Of a stretch of 63,496 nucleotides of DNA, positions 25,950 to 39,409 are shown one piece after another. A program made the translations under genes and the position numbers. Each line of letters starts with the position of its first letter. Within the stretch, counting starts at the first letter, position 1. The stretch comes from Chiloscyllium plagiosum. Taxonomy: Eukaryota. The notes beneath the pieces were generated by a model, which saw only the letters and a program-made list of their open reading frames with translations, had not been told where the DNA came from and did not search any database. The stretch covers positions 81,149,666 through 81,213,161 of the forward strand of contig NC_057718.1 in NCBI RefSeq assembly GCF_004010195.1, in the 5' to 3' direction.

Positions 25950-26200
25950 TGGGAGTCGGTTGGTTTGTAGTAGATGTCCGTGTTGATTCGGTCGCCTGAG
26001 ATAGAAACAGAAAGGTCTAGGAAGGGGAGGGAGGAGTCCGAGACTGTCCAGGTGAATTTGAGGTCGGGGTGGAAGGTGTTAGTGTAGTGGATGAACTGTT
26101 CAACCTCCTCGTGGGAGCACGAGGTAGCGCCGATACAGTCATCAATGTAGCGAAGGAAAAGATGGGGGGTGGGGCCAGTGTAGTTGCGGAAGATGGATTG
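25950..26200 (-). mobile_element. Penelope-like RT core fragment
   Basis: Minus translation LRYIDDCIGA...FHPDLKFT...LPFLDL...DIYYKPTD. Confidence 0.9.
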
Positions 26201-26550
26201 GACCGTAAATTTTTATCAGGAATGCTTATGCTTGAAACGTCGACTGTCCTGCTCCTCGGATGCTGCGTGACCAGCTGTGCTTTTCCAGCGCCACACTTTT
26301 TGACTCTGATCTCCAGCATCTGCACTCCTCACTATCCTTTTTGAAAAATATACATGAACAATGGGCTATCTTCAATGAAATATTAACTTTATAGTACAAC
26401 AGTCACTGTTCACTAAATATTTCCTAACCAACAATTTATTTGGCATACTTCATTCTAAAGAACCAGGTCTTGCAGTGTCTCCTTTCTTGTTGGACTAGAT
26501 ACATGCTGCTGGACAAAATATGCTTGGCTCTTGAACACAGTCTAAGATTG

Positions 26551-26868
26551 GGGCGGCACGGTGGCACAGTGGTTAGCACTGCTGCCTCACAGCGCCAGAG
26601 ACCCGGGTTCAATTCCCGCCTCAGGCGACTGTGTGGAGTTTGCATGTTCTCCCCGTGTCTGCGTGGGTTTCCTCCGGTTTCCTCCCACAGTCCAAAGATG
26701 TGCAGATCAGGTGAATTGGCCATGCAAAATTGCCCATAGTGTTAGGTAAGGGGTAAATGTAGGGGTATGGGTGGGTTGCGCTTCGGCGGGTCGGTGTGGA
26801 CTTGTTGGGCCGAAGGGCCTGTTTCCACATTGTAAGTAATCTAATTCAAAATCTAATCTAATCTAATT
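26551..26868 (+). mobile_element. HE1 V-SINE, full length, young (CpGs retained)
   Basis: A-box-like gtggcacagtgg, B-box-like ggttcaattcc, V-domain, CR1-like tail plus (aatct)n. Confidence 0.93.
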
Positions 26869-26999
26869 GCTGGTCCATATCTGCCCTTAATACTACCACT
26901 ATTCCATTTTATATTTGGGCAAATGGACTTCCCCTTTATAATTACTCTACAATGCTTGTCTGCTTCTCGAGTTTCCTTGCAAATTTGTTCCTCTATGTT

Positions 27000-27935
27000 A
27001 GGGGATACTAAATGAGTATTTTGCATCAATGTTTTCTGTGGAGAAGGATGTGGAAGAGAACATGGGGAAATAAATAGCAATGTCTTGAAAAATGTTCACG
27101 TGTAGAGGAGGAGGTGCTGAATGTCTTTAAAACACATAAAGAGATAAATATCCCAGGACCTGATCAGGTGTACTTTCGAACTCTTTGGGAAGCAAGGGAA
27201 GAGATTGCTGGGCTGCTCGCTAAGATATTTGTATCATCGATAACCACAGGTGAGGTGCTGCAAGTCTGAAGGTTGGTTAACTTTGTGCCACTATTGTGGT
27301 AAAGAAAAGCCAGGGAACTATAGACTGAGCCTAAATGAGTGGTGGGCAAGTTGTTGGAGGGAATCCTGAGAGTCAGGACTTGCATGTATTTGGAAAGTCA
27401 AGGACTGATTAGGGATAGTCTCCATGGCTTTGTGCATGGGAAATTGTGTTTCACTAACTTGATTGAAGTTTTTGAAGTAATGAAGGGGATTCAAAGGGCA
27501 GAGCAGTGGACGTAATCTATATGGATTTCAGTAAGGCATTTGATGATGATCCTTGTGGTAGACCGGTTAGCAAGGTTAGATCATATGGAATACAGGGAGA
27601 ACTAGTCATTTGGATACAGAACTGGCTTGAAGGTAAAAGACAAAGAATGGTGGTGGAGGTTTGCTTTTCAGACTGGGGAAGATATAAAAAGGACCTAAAG
27701 GACAACATTTTCACACAGGGTGGTGCATGTATAGAATGAGCTGCCAGAGGAAGTGCTGGAGGCTGGTATGATGACAACATTTAAAAGGCATTTGGATGAG
27801 TATATAAATAGGAAGGGTTCAGAAGGATGTGGACCAAATGCTGGCAAATGTGATTAGATTTATATAGGTTATCTGGTTGGCGAGAATAAGTTTGACCGAA
27901 GGATCTGTTTCCGTGCTGTATACCTCTGTGACTCT
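27000..27935 (+). mobile_element. CR1 LINE with a large internal deletion near 27675
   Basis: IYMDFSKAFD...CFSDW joined directly to 3'-end RYKKDLKDNIFTQ. Confidence 0.85.
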
Positions 27936-28399
27936 ACATCCTTTTCGCTAGTTGGTGACTTGCACACCACCTTGAGCAATTAATTGCATCTATCTTGTTC
28001 CTTAGTTCTGGCTAAATCAATTCTGTCCTTGAACCCTGTGGGACTTTTTTCTTTTTCCCCTAGTATTGTAATGCTCTCCTTAATTAATGCTGTCATCCTC
28101 CTCCTTTTCTTCCTTTCTTGTCTTTTTTTGAATAGTTAACACCAAGTCCTGCCCTTCCTTCAGCTAGACTGGTTTATTTTCTGCCTTATTCTGACTACAC
28201 CTATTAATTTACTATTCTCTACTCTTGTGCTATCTGTCTGTCACAGTATTTTGTGTGTCCTGGCATTACACTCTAATATTTTCTGCTGGTTCCCAAGCCC
28301 CTGCACACTTAGTTTGTAGTCAACCCAACAACACTCCAAAACACTCTGTACGGAACTCAGGAGTTGAGACTTGGGCTACTGGTTTCTTGATTTGTAGAA

Positions 28400-29275
28400 A
28401 TGACTACGATTGGGTGTGCAGGGCACAATTTCAAAATTGGGAGATATTGTAACATTTGGACGTGAGGGAGGTAGTGATATACTTCAGGCAGGTATGCCCA
28501 GAAAAGTGGTCTGGTCAGACAAATGGCAGATTACATTTAATGCAGAGAATTGTGAAGTGATATATTTTGATCAGAACAGCAAGCATAGGCAACAAAAATG
28601 AAGGATAATCATTCAAGGAGAACAGAAGAGATGTTTGTGCCAAGCATTGAAGTGGACAGGACAGACTGAGAGAGTGCTAAATAAGACACTCAGAATTTTA
28701 GACTTCATTAATAAATAGTGTAAAAGCAACTTTATAAACCTTTGTGATTCTTTACAAAACACTTGTTTGGTCTCAACTGGAGTTGTGTGTCCAATGCGTG
28801 ACAATACAGTTCAGAAGAGATGTAAAGATATTTGGTAGAGTTTTGAAGAGGTTTATGAGGATGGTCCCACGCATGAGAGACCTCAGTTGTTCGTTAAATT
28901 GAAGAAGCTGGAGTTGCTGTTCTCAGATGGTTCGATAGAGATATTCAAAATCATAGTGGAATAGGTGAAGAAGGTTGGAAGAAAATGTTCTCGGCAGAAA
29001 AGTTGAGAAGCAGACATCATTAATTTTAATGTGAATTATAAAAGAACCAAAGGTGACTTGAATGAAGGAATTTTTAACTCGGCCTATTGGGAAGATCTAA
29101 AAAGCACTGGCTGAAAATTTGTTGAAGATAGATTCAGTTGTGGCCTTCTAATTGGACCAGTATTTGAAGCAAAAATAGTTGCAAGGCTATGAGAAAGGGT
29201 GTGATGTGGAATTGCTTTTATAGAGAGCTGGCATGGTCATGAAATGATAAATGGCTGCCTTCTGTGTTGTAACTA
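28400..29275 (+). mobile_element. Old CR1-like LINE 3' part
   Basis: WSDKWQITFNAENCEVI and a degraded tail. Confidence 0.7.
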
Positions 29276-29429
29276 TTTACCTAATTATCGATCAGCATTG
29301 TTACTTTGCCTCAGGAACAATAAGCAGTTTTATTCCTTATTAACATTTATACTGTATGTCCAGTGAGCCTCTACAGGATAATTTGGTTACTTTTTTCCAG
29401 GCTGTAAGCTTTTGTGGTTATCATGAAGG

Positions 29430-30460
29430 CAAAACTTTCTGTTGGCTGTATTCTTGCTGCTGAGTCAGAGAGCTGTGTGTGTTCAAATCTTGCCCCATTA
29501 TTTGAGTACAGAATCAAAGCTGAGGAAATGCTGCACTGTCCCATCATTCAGATGAAATGTTAAACTAAGGTCCCAGCCACCCCTTCGGGTGAATGTTAAA
29601 GATACCTCAACACTAAGGTTCGGATTTTCCGTTGGCCAGACAACCTTTATTCCAGCACATGAGGGAGTTGCGACTGGGGACCTTAAAGAATCCTCATTTT
29701 AGTATATCCTGAAGGAATTACCTGGGAAATTGAAATTTTCGTTGGGCAATTTCTTCAAACTTAGAACCCTTCAAAAGTCTTCATTTGAACTGGAGAGTGT
29801 GGAGGCTTCTGATGAAATTCAGTAAATTAATTACTCAGCAATTACTACATATTTAGTAATCTCACTCCTGAGTTAACTATTCAACAGACCTTATGCATAG
29901 CTCACACATGCCCCACCTACATCAACCCAGACCCCTTACATTCCCAAATCCTGACCCGACTCATGTTAGCACAGGAACAGGTCCTTTCATTTTGACAGCA
30001 GCTGTCAAAGTAGCACTGAGAGATTCTGGACCTTTAAATTTCAGAATATGGCAGCTGACTGCTGTGAAAAGGGGGCATCATTTGCCTTTTTTGACAGTTC
30101 TGCTCTGCAAAAGAACTGTGAATGAAATACTTCTGCCTTTCTGAAGGTGCCTTGATCAGAATCTCCTCTTAGAAATGTGGAGCTCCCTCATTTCATGTTT
30201 TATAAAAAAGGGCAAGAGAGCAAGTATAGGGAAGTTATCCCAAGTATATTGACCAATATTTATCTCTCCATATATATTACAAAACAGATTATCTGACCTT
30301 TCTTACCTCACTGTTTAGATGAAGTTGCTGTGCAAATCTGCAGCCATGATTCTAAAATTCCATCAGTGTCTGCACTCTGGGAATACTTAACTGGTTGTAA
30401 AGAGTTTTGACATCTTCTATGGTCATGAAAAGTGCTGTATGAATACAAATCTTTTCTTTA
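29430..30460 (+). mobile_element. Deu-domain SINE (SacSINE1-like), split by a DNA-element-like insertion
   Basis: tRNA-like head; gctgcactgtc...cagatgaaatgttaaac; ccaatatttatc...aaaacagattatctg...ttgctgtgcaaat...tgaaaagtgctgtat. Confidence 0.7.
29615..30205 (+). mobile_element. Putative non-autonomous DNA transposon; second copy at about 43300-43980
   Basis: Starts ggttcggattttcc; collinear similarity to 43760-43975; matching inverted end ggaaaatccagcc at about 47209-47221. Confidence 0.55.
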
Positions 30461-30674
30461 ATTCATAGTGAAAAGTCTTTAAAAAAACCAATGCTAACAT
30501 TAAACAGCTTTGAAATATGAGTGTAAATTTGGTAGGTTCCATCTGATTATATGAAGCCTGTAAACAGGTCTTAATGAAGCCACTTAGCATTCCTCATTTG
30601 ACTCAATTATGAATAATTTAGCTTGGATACCTGTTATCTTGGCCTCACATGTCACTTTTGTATCTAAGTTGTTT

Positions 30675-30879
30675 AGGAGAAAGTGAGGACTGCAGATGCT
30701 GGAGATCAGAGCTGAAAAATGTGTTGCTGGAAAAGCGCAGCAGGTCAGGCAGCATCAAAAGAGCAGGAGAATCGACGTTTCGGGCACAAGCTCTCCTGAA
30801 GAAGGGCTTGTGCCCGAAACATTGATTCTCCTGCTCCTTTGATGCTGCCTGACCTGCTGCGCTTTTCCAGCAACACATT
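30675..30879. mobile_element. Fold-back PLE terminal-repeat insertion with 19-bp TSD
   Basis: ttttgtatctaagttgttt at 30656-30674 and 30880-30898; about 75-bp inverted arms. Confidence 0.88.
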
Positions 30880-32709
30880 TTTTGTATCTAAGTTGTTTGT
30901 ATACCTTGCAGTTCTGTGCATAAATTTAAATTTTGGTGTTCCTGTCTGAAAATTTGTGTCTACTGTGTGTAATTAGTTAGCATAAAGACTGGAAATTTTA
31001 ATGTACCTGTTTTCACTGAAATCTTCATTCCAAGTTTCCACATATTTTGTAGGGAGAATATGTTGTCTGGTAAATCAAAAGAAAGTGACCCCTGTTTTCC
31101 ATGAACATTACAGTTAAGGTTAATAGTTTTGAACACCACAATGGTAAAATAGCAAGGGTTCATATTTCACTAATGGATGAAAGATTTGATTTATCGCTCA
31201 AAATATACAGAAAGAATAAGCTACTGATTTTCTTAATTTATCAGATTATATTTGAAGCTCTTCAAGTTGTTTTAATAGTTTCAAGTTTTCAAAACCAAAC
31301 AATCCTGGAGTTGAATGTGTGACATTGATGAAAACCTAGTTTTCTGAATCACCATGAAATAATATGCAAGTATGAAGTTGAATTGTTAATTTTAACATTT
31401 TTGTCTGTTCTGTAAAGAAATCAAGGATTTCCATTAGAGTTTCTAATTAAAAAGAATTTCTTGTGCTTTGGTGTAAAACAATGGGTAATTTTATTCTGCA
31501 GAATGTGTAAGTTATAACAGGAATGTTGCAAGTTTAGAAGTAATGTTCATTGGTTTCCTGTGGCACTACTCTGAGAAATCAGTACTAAATATAACCTGGT
31601 GAAATTGAGTTCGAAACAAGATTGAACCCAGGATGTGCAAATATAATTCAAATGCTATCTTGAAGTTTTGTTTCAGTCCTGATTTGACTTCTGTTTTTAC
31701 ATTATTTGTAATTAATTATAACATTCACAATTTTTTTTAAATGGAGAGTTGGCTGGAGGATAGACAAAAAAACTGGGAGTTGTAAAACAGATTTTATGTC
31801 TAGCAAGGAAGTCTTTTTTAAGAAGTTTTGAAATGCTTTTCATTATAATGTAAGCATAGAATTTATAACTGAAAAAACACTGACAAGATGTATATGCAGT
31901 TGATCTATTTTTAATATACTAAAATATGACAAATCATATAATAGAGATAGTATTAATTGTAGTGGGAACAACTAACTACTACCCTTTCAGCAAATAAAAA
32001 TACTCGACACTTTCAATTAAAACTTCTGAACATTCCATAAGTGTGTATGGTCTGATCTGAACACTTGCTTTATCACAAACTTAAATGGTGATAATTTGTT
32101 ATTTTTAGTTTAATTAGTGCAAAATGTAAATTTGAAGAGACTGCCAGCACCGAATGAAGTAATGTGAATTTATGATTGTGGTTTGTGAAGGGAAGCCAAC
32201 AAAACATGTGCTAATGATGTTCACAGTAAGCAAGTACTTTTCTATTTTACACTCAATAAATTAAATAAAACTTGAATGTCCCTGCAGTTATTTTTGCGTG
32301 CGAGAGTGGAAATGTCCAGTATCACAGCACCTAATCTTTATAGTATGGAATTTATGGGTCAGAATATTTATTCAATTCTCTAGAGTTGGGCTTGAACAAG
32401 CAGCCTTCACACTTCAAGAATGCTACCTGCCAAGATTGACATTACATTCATTCTTCTTATACTTGTAGTAACTCAGATTAGATTATATGATAAATAAATC
32501 TTTGTGTCTGCTATGAAAGAAAAGAGAATAAAGAGTGGTAATATAAGTTTATATCTCATAAAATGTGTAATTGCTATCCAATCCAAAATCAATTATTATA
32601 TTGCTTGCATTTAATTCTTTGGTTAAAATTCAATATTCACCATGCAACTGAAGAGAAAAACCATCAGAGCCGTTAATTCTGGACTTTACATGAGCAAAAC
32701 ATGTCTTTA

Positions 32710-33002
32710 TTGAAACATACAAGGCCCTAAGAGGTCTTGACAGGGTAGATGTGAGAAGGTTGTTGTCACTTGTGGGAGAATCTAAAACTGGCTTACTCAT
32801 TTAAGACTGAGATAAAGAGGGTTCTTTTTCCTGAGTGTAAAGAATCTTTGGAATTTTGAATATGTTTTAGGTTGATGCAGATAAATTCTTGATAAGCAAT
32901 TGTGCGAAAGTTGAAAATGTAGAGTAATCAGATCAGTGGTGAAATTATTGAATGGTGAAGCAGATGAAAAGCCCTGAGTGACCACCTGCACTTAATTTGT
33001 AT
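32710..33002 (+). mobile_element. CR1-like 3' fragment
   Basis: cttattgaaacatacaag...gacagggtagatg, the DLIETYK-like terminal region. Confidence 0.65.
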
Positions 33003-33312
33003 GGGTAGCACAGTGGTTAGCACTGCTGCCTCACAGTGCCAGAGACCCGGGTTCAGTCTTTGCCTCAGGCGACTGACTGTGTGGAGTTTGCACATTCTCC
33101 CCGCATCTGCGTGGGTTTCCTCCGGGTGCTCTGGTTTCTTCCCACAGTCCAAAAATGTGCAGGTTAGGTGAATTGGCCATGCTAAATTACCCGTAGTGTT
33201 AGGTGAAGGGGTAAATGTAGGGGAATGGGTCTGCGTGGGTTGCGCTTTGGCCGGTCGGTGTGGACTTGTTGGGCCGAAGGGCCTGTTTCCACACTGTAAG
33301 TAATCTAATCTA
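33003..33312 (+). mobile_element. HE1 V-SINE, full length
   Basis: Highly similar to 26551-26868. Confidence 0.92.
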
Positions 33313-36299
33313 ATAAAGTATGTTTGTATGCCTTACAGTTTGCTATGTCTACCACGCAGGTCCCTTAGCCAATGTATAAATTGGGCATCAACAACTGAAT
33401 TTTGTTCTGAAGTACTAACTGATGAATTTTTGAATGCTATCACTTAATATAGAAGTTGTAAGGCCTGCAAATGCTGGAAGCTCCACATTTTATCAACTTA
33501 ATATTGGTAGTTAGGTTGACTTCACCTTTTAAGTTACGCTGTTGCTTTCCAGAATGTTTTTTTTGGTTGCGGCAATGGTGATTTCCAGACAAAAGTTTGT
33601 CCATTCAGTTTATTTATTTTCTTCATGTCTAATTCAAAGCTGAAATGTTGATCTCTAATGAAATACTGCCATGAAGTAGTTTGATTTAATGAATATAAAG
33701 AAAAGTGACATTCGACAAACAGATTTTATATTTTTTTAATGCAATTCATGCAAAGTTCCCTTACTGCTGACCATAATTGCAGTCAACTTCAGATGAACAG
33801 AAGTATAGAGTTCTAGAAAATCTGAGCGCTTTGTTTTTGTCTTTATTGTGTAGCATTCTCAAATTCAGGAATATTTAAATGCATTTCTGATCCAACTACA
33901 ATACGTATGAACACAGGACTTATGAGCATGAGCAGGCCATTTGTTTTCTCATGTCTTCTCTACTATTCAATAAGGTCTGACATAGTTGCTGATTTAGTTG
34001 TAGTCTTGCTTCGACTCTCCTGTTTACCTCCATTACCTTTTGACGACTTTGCCTACCAGTTACCACTCTGTAATTTATTTCATTCTCCAAATCTAAAGCT
34101 CACCCGTTAGCAAATTTTACTTTTAACTTGCAAATTTCATTAGAAATTGTTTTTGAGTGAATCTTTTTTAGGAAGCTTTTTTTAAAATTTTGACTCAATT
34201 GCAGCTTGAGTAACGGATCCTGATTAAGGTCTTCACAGATTGACCATTTTTGCTTATTCATGAGTTGTAGTTATCACAGGCTGGGCCTATATTTATTGCA
34301 CATATTTAATTAAACAGAGGATAGTTGTGGCTTTATTGACCAGATCGGGTGGTGATGGCAAATTTCCTTCACTAAAGGATATTAGTGAACCTGATATAGG
34401 TTTTTATGACAATCAACAGTGATTACTTGTTGTCTTTGGGCTAATTTTTTTATTCCAGATTTTTATTGAATTCAAATTTAGCCATCTTATATGGTGGAAT
34501 TTGAACCCATTCTCTGTATGAAGGTTGTAAACTTTCCTTGTTTGTTCATGGGATGAATGTTACTTGAGTTCTACAACAGAAAATCAAACTACTTTAATGT
34601 TATGCTTGTGGTGGATAATGTCAGCAGGATACCATTTATATTTCTGCTTTGGAATTTCAACAACTGCCATTAGTCTATGTTACTTTAATTCAGGGTGACC
34701 GTGGCAACCAGTTTTTTTAATATAAAGTCTGGCGTGTGCTGAGTAAAATGTAATTTTCTGTTAGAGCGTGAGCATATTATGGTTAAATTATCATATTGCT
34801 GTGTAATATTGGTAGGCCAGACATGTATGTTTGAAGTGACTGCTTTTATAATAGGTCTGTGTAAATTGACCTTTTCAGGCTTACAGTATATTATGTGACA
34901 ACTTGAGTTTGAAGCAGCTGCTTTTAACACATTTAACTTTTCAAAGTATTTCGAAACATAGCCAGTCTTGAAAATGATGGGATGGTTACCTAGCTTTATT
35001 TCATTAATAGATGATTAATCTCAATTGTATTTACATACTTACGTCCCATTTCCCTTGGTACGTTTACCAGAAAATAATTATTGGTTTTGCAGATGTCTTT
35101 ATACTGCTACAGCAGTTGCTTTCGAATGTTTACATTTGTTTCTCGTGGACTTCTCCACCTGAACCAACAAGTTTAAATTAAGACATGGGAGACTGTATTA
35201 TCTTCCTATATTATGGACTGATGAGTTGGCAATGAGTTCTGACCTATTGGTAGTTTATTCTTACAACAGTGCCTATTTGCAATGTATCATTTTCCTGTAA
35301 TTTATGTTTTGACTGTTTTCACACAACTCGTCATATCTCGGAAACTTAGTTAACACCTGACCAAATATTTACGTAGTGGTTTGAAATATACTACATGGAC
35401 GGGAAAGTCAAAATTTGGTGTAATCTTCAAACGTCTTCACTTTTAAATAGACTTTGTTTAGTATACACTTTTCGCTGTACTTCTGTACTTGACTACAATA
35501 ATTCTGATTGTGATCCTAAAGAGGAGCCATTTAGTTTGAAAACAAAGCCTAGTATAGGTTACAGGGCTGCTTTCAGATTGGCTCATGAAAACTTATTTCT
35601 TTTTATAACTACAATTTGCAGTCATCATTCAATGTCATAGGTTAGATTTCAAAAACATTTGGTGGCCTTGTTATGAAGTTTAGTGAATTGTTAGAGATTT
35701 ATGGGCATTACTTGGTTATTTTAATTACTTGGATTCCCATGATGTCGGTTTGCAAAAATAATGTATATTGGCTCGCAGCCAAGTTGTATGTAAATATAGC
35801 TGCTTCAGAGCGATTGATGAGGAACCCTGTTTACTATGGCAGGTTGATGCTGCATATGATCTTTAATTCAGTTATATGTTGTAATGCATGAAATCAGTAT
35901 AGCAACTCCATTACATGGTCAGGCTCCACTTGTGCCGAGATTTTATGAAAGATGAGCAATTGCTGTTAATTTGTGCAGATAGATTGAACAGAATGAATAA
36001 ACAAGAATGCATACCTTTGGGTACTGGATTGTCTCAGTGACTCTCGAAATAAAGTTATCGTACTTTGTATGGCAGGATGCAATTTATGAATTTGTTGCAT
36101 GTGGAAGCAATTGTACTGCATTGACAATTTTAATTTGCCTCCTAACTTGAATATTTTTATGAAAGTTGATGTATAGTCAAATTCTAATAAAGTTTGAAAT
36201 ATTTAGTCAGCCTTGTCTGTGCCAGCTTCTCTTTCGACTTGAATATCTGAAAGAAAATTTCTGTGATGGATCATTGAGACATCAGAAATGCTGAATTAG

Positions 36300-37260
36300 T
36301 TACAGTTGCAAATAGAACCATGGGATGGATATAGCTTTCCTGTCCATTATATCTGTGTTGGCCTTCTGGAGCAATTCAGTTAGTCCCATGAGTCTGCAAT
36401 TTCCCTGCAGCCCAGAGAAGTTTACGTTTTCAGGTTGAAAGTTTCAGTTGACCATTTCCCCCACCACACCCTCAGGCAGCCCTTTAAAAATTCTAAGCAT
36501 TCACTGTGAAGGCTTTTATTCCTTGTGTTACCATTGCTTCTTTTGTCAACTACCTTAAATACACAACATCTAACTTCTGATTCCTCCAGCAATAGCAACA
36601 GTTTTCCTACTTCATCTAAAATCCCTCATGATTTTCAGTGCCTCTATCGAAACTACTTCCACACTCTCTCAAGGAGAGCAATTGCAACTTTCCCAATTTC
36701 TTTTTGAATGTAACTGAGTTCCTTATTCCTGGAATAATTTCACATTCTTCCAAAGGTGTCATGATCAGAACTGTGTGTGCAATATTCTACTTGAGGTAGA
36801 ATCGGTCATTTATCCAGACTTAATATAAAATGAACATTGAAGACAAATGTAAGCAAGTTGATAAGGATGCTGTATGCTTTATTAACTGTACTCTCAAGAT
36901 GACCTGCCACCTTCAGTGATTTATGTACACATACACCCAGGTCTCTCTGACTATTAGAATTGTATCTTTTATATTCTTTCTCAGCATCCTTACAATAAAA
37001 AAAATGAATCAGCTCTCACTTCTCTGTTAGATTTAATCTGCGATTTGGCCACACATTCCACCAACTTGACTAGTTCTTTTTGAAAGCTCTACAGTATTTT
37101 CCTCATGGTTAACAATATTTACAAGTTTTTTTCTTATCTTTAGTGTATTTTGAGACAGTGCCCTGTATACTAAGGCTAGGTCATTGAAATAAATCAGGGA
37201 GAGCAGGAGTCATTTTACCAGTCCTTGGGAAACTTGACAATATATAGTCTCCAATATGCA
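36300..37260 (-). mobile_element. Old CR1-like LINE 3' portion
   Basis: Degraded reverse-strand similarity to CR1 3' ORF2. Confidence 0.5.
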
Positions 37261-37454
37261 AAACAAGCATTCACCATGATTCCAAATTTAAAATCAAGGA
37301 ATATATTGAGCAATTTGAAATTAACAATAGCATCTACCAATAGCATCATGATTGAAATGTCTAATTTAGAATCCCAACTTCTAGCTGAGGATTGCTGCTG
37401 GAAGAGCTCAGTTGTTGTCTGCTTTACTGATCTGTCCAAACTGATGCACAAATA

Positions 37455-37757
37455 ATTAGATTAGATTAGATTTCCTACAGAGTGGAAACAGGCCCTTCGG
37501 CCCAACAAGTGCACACCGACCGTCCGAAGAGTAACCCACCCAGACCTATTTCCCTCTGACTAATGCACCTAATACTATGGGCAATTTAGCATGGCCAGTC
37601 CACCTAACCTGCACATCTTTGGATTGTGGGAGGAAACCCACGCAGACACTGGGAGAATGTGCAAACTCCACACAGACAGTCGCCCGATGCTGGAATCGAA
37701 CCTGGGACCCTGGTGCTGAGAGGCAGCAGTGCTAACCACTGAACCACCGTGCTGCCC
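37455..37757 (-). mobile_element. HE1 V-SINE, full length
   Basis: Reverse complement of head, V-domain and (aatct)n tail. Confidence 0.92.
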
Positions 37758-39409
37758 GTGGATTGTGGATTATTCTCCTGCAGTCTTGGAATTTATTTTA
37801 CCAGCTGATCTTACTTGCAAGAATGCAGTGATAAGGGTGAAAATTAAAAACGTTAGCAGAAGATTGTTCATCCCGAGGGAAAAAAAAACAATATTGAAAT
37901 GATGGAGCTGGTTAAGTATAGTTCATACAGAATGGCTAGGTTCAAATTCTGGTCTAAGCTTTATTAACTGAGTGCTACTGTGGTAGTAGAATTTAGTGAT
38001 TTTGTTCAATGATAGAATATGGATCAGGTTGTTGCTGAATAATTTTCTGTAGCTTCTGAAGGATGTGTAAGCAGTCTTTGAGTGCAGGATCTGGTGCGTC
38101 TTCAGTTAAATAGTTTGCTAATACTAGTGGTCGAAGGTCACATTAAGAATTGCCTACTCAATTAAATTTAATAAGATATCATGAAGATGTGAATTACGAA
38201 GTTGAAACAAAATTAGGCTAAGAGTCCCTTGCTTTACCTCACTTGTAAGTGTATTTCAGAAATTCATCAACTTTGAGGATAAATGTCTGCATTTTATGCT
38301 TGGGTCTTCATTAGTGCCATTCTGTGCTTGCCCCAGGTCATGTGCAAGAAACTTGGTGATGACTTCTGTTGTATTCGTCCTGTGAAACTGCTTGGCCTTG
38401 GTTTCACAGTTAAAGATTGTTACTGAAGATTGTGATCAAATGCTGCATGAGAAATAGTGGGTAATTGGATATTCAATGCACCAACTGCAAATTATTTGAT
38501 ATACCAATCTGCCAACTGATTTTTTTTCTTCTCCTAATTAAAAAGAATTTGAAACGACGCATCAATATGAGGAAACATTTTGAAATAAATGCCATAGCTT
38601 TATGTGACAGCATGAAAGTATTTTCTTGCATTCCATGTCACCCAATCCACTACTTTAAACATACATTCGCTTTATCACCAATGCATCGTGAGGACCAACA
38701 GCAAGATGTATTTCACTAACTCACCCAGGCATCTTTGACAGCACTTTTCAAACTTGTAAACTCTGCCACTTCAAAGAAGAACAGCAGGTGCATGTGAATA
38801 CATAAATTCCTTCCAATCTTCATTCTACTCCAGTTGGGACTAAATTGCTATTTTTCCGCTACTGAATCAAAATCCTGGAACATTCAACCAGCACTGCATG
38901 TACATCTGTACCTCAAGGACTGCAGCATTTCAAGAAGGTGGTTCATCGTTACCTTAAAAGTTTCCAATAAATCCTGGCCTAACCAGCAACATTTGGCTCC
39001 CATGAATGAATAAAACTGTAAAATAATGTTGATGGCCTACTCTACAGTAAGTTGTACAAACATAACTTTTGTAAATGCAGCTTTGATTTATGGAATGAAG
39101 TAGATTTAATTTACAGCTGATAACAAAATATGTACTCAAAACTCAAAATGGGTACACAGTACTACAGACTTCTAAAGAACTAAGAATTTTCATTCAACTT
39201 TTGCTGATCAACATTGAATACCTGCAGGTCAACATTTTTGCAAATTTAAGACTTTCCCAAAGATGTGAATGTGTAATTTGGAATGGCTTGACAGTCATTA
39301 TTCAAGTACAGAAGGGGGATGCAGATGGGGATCCCCATTGTAGTGGACTCTGAAGGAATTCCCAGGAACTGGAAGGTTCTGCTGAACAATTCCTCTATGT
39401 CTGACATCC

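Larger units (their letters stand above)
24852..26335. mobile_element. Nested Penelope-like locus: older fold-back terminal repeat (24852-24936 and 26201-26335) split by a younger composite insertion (24937-26200)
   Basis: 14-bp direct repeat gaccgtaaattttt at 24923-24936 and 26201-26214; outer halves are mutually inverted. Confidence 0.85.

Noticed and set aside
26551..26620. tRNA gene
   Set aside because: tRNA-derived SINE head followed by a V-domain and LINE-like tail.
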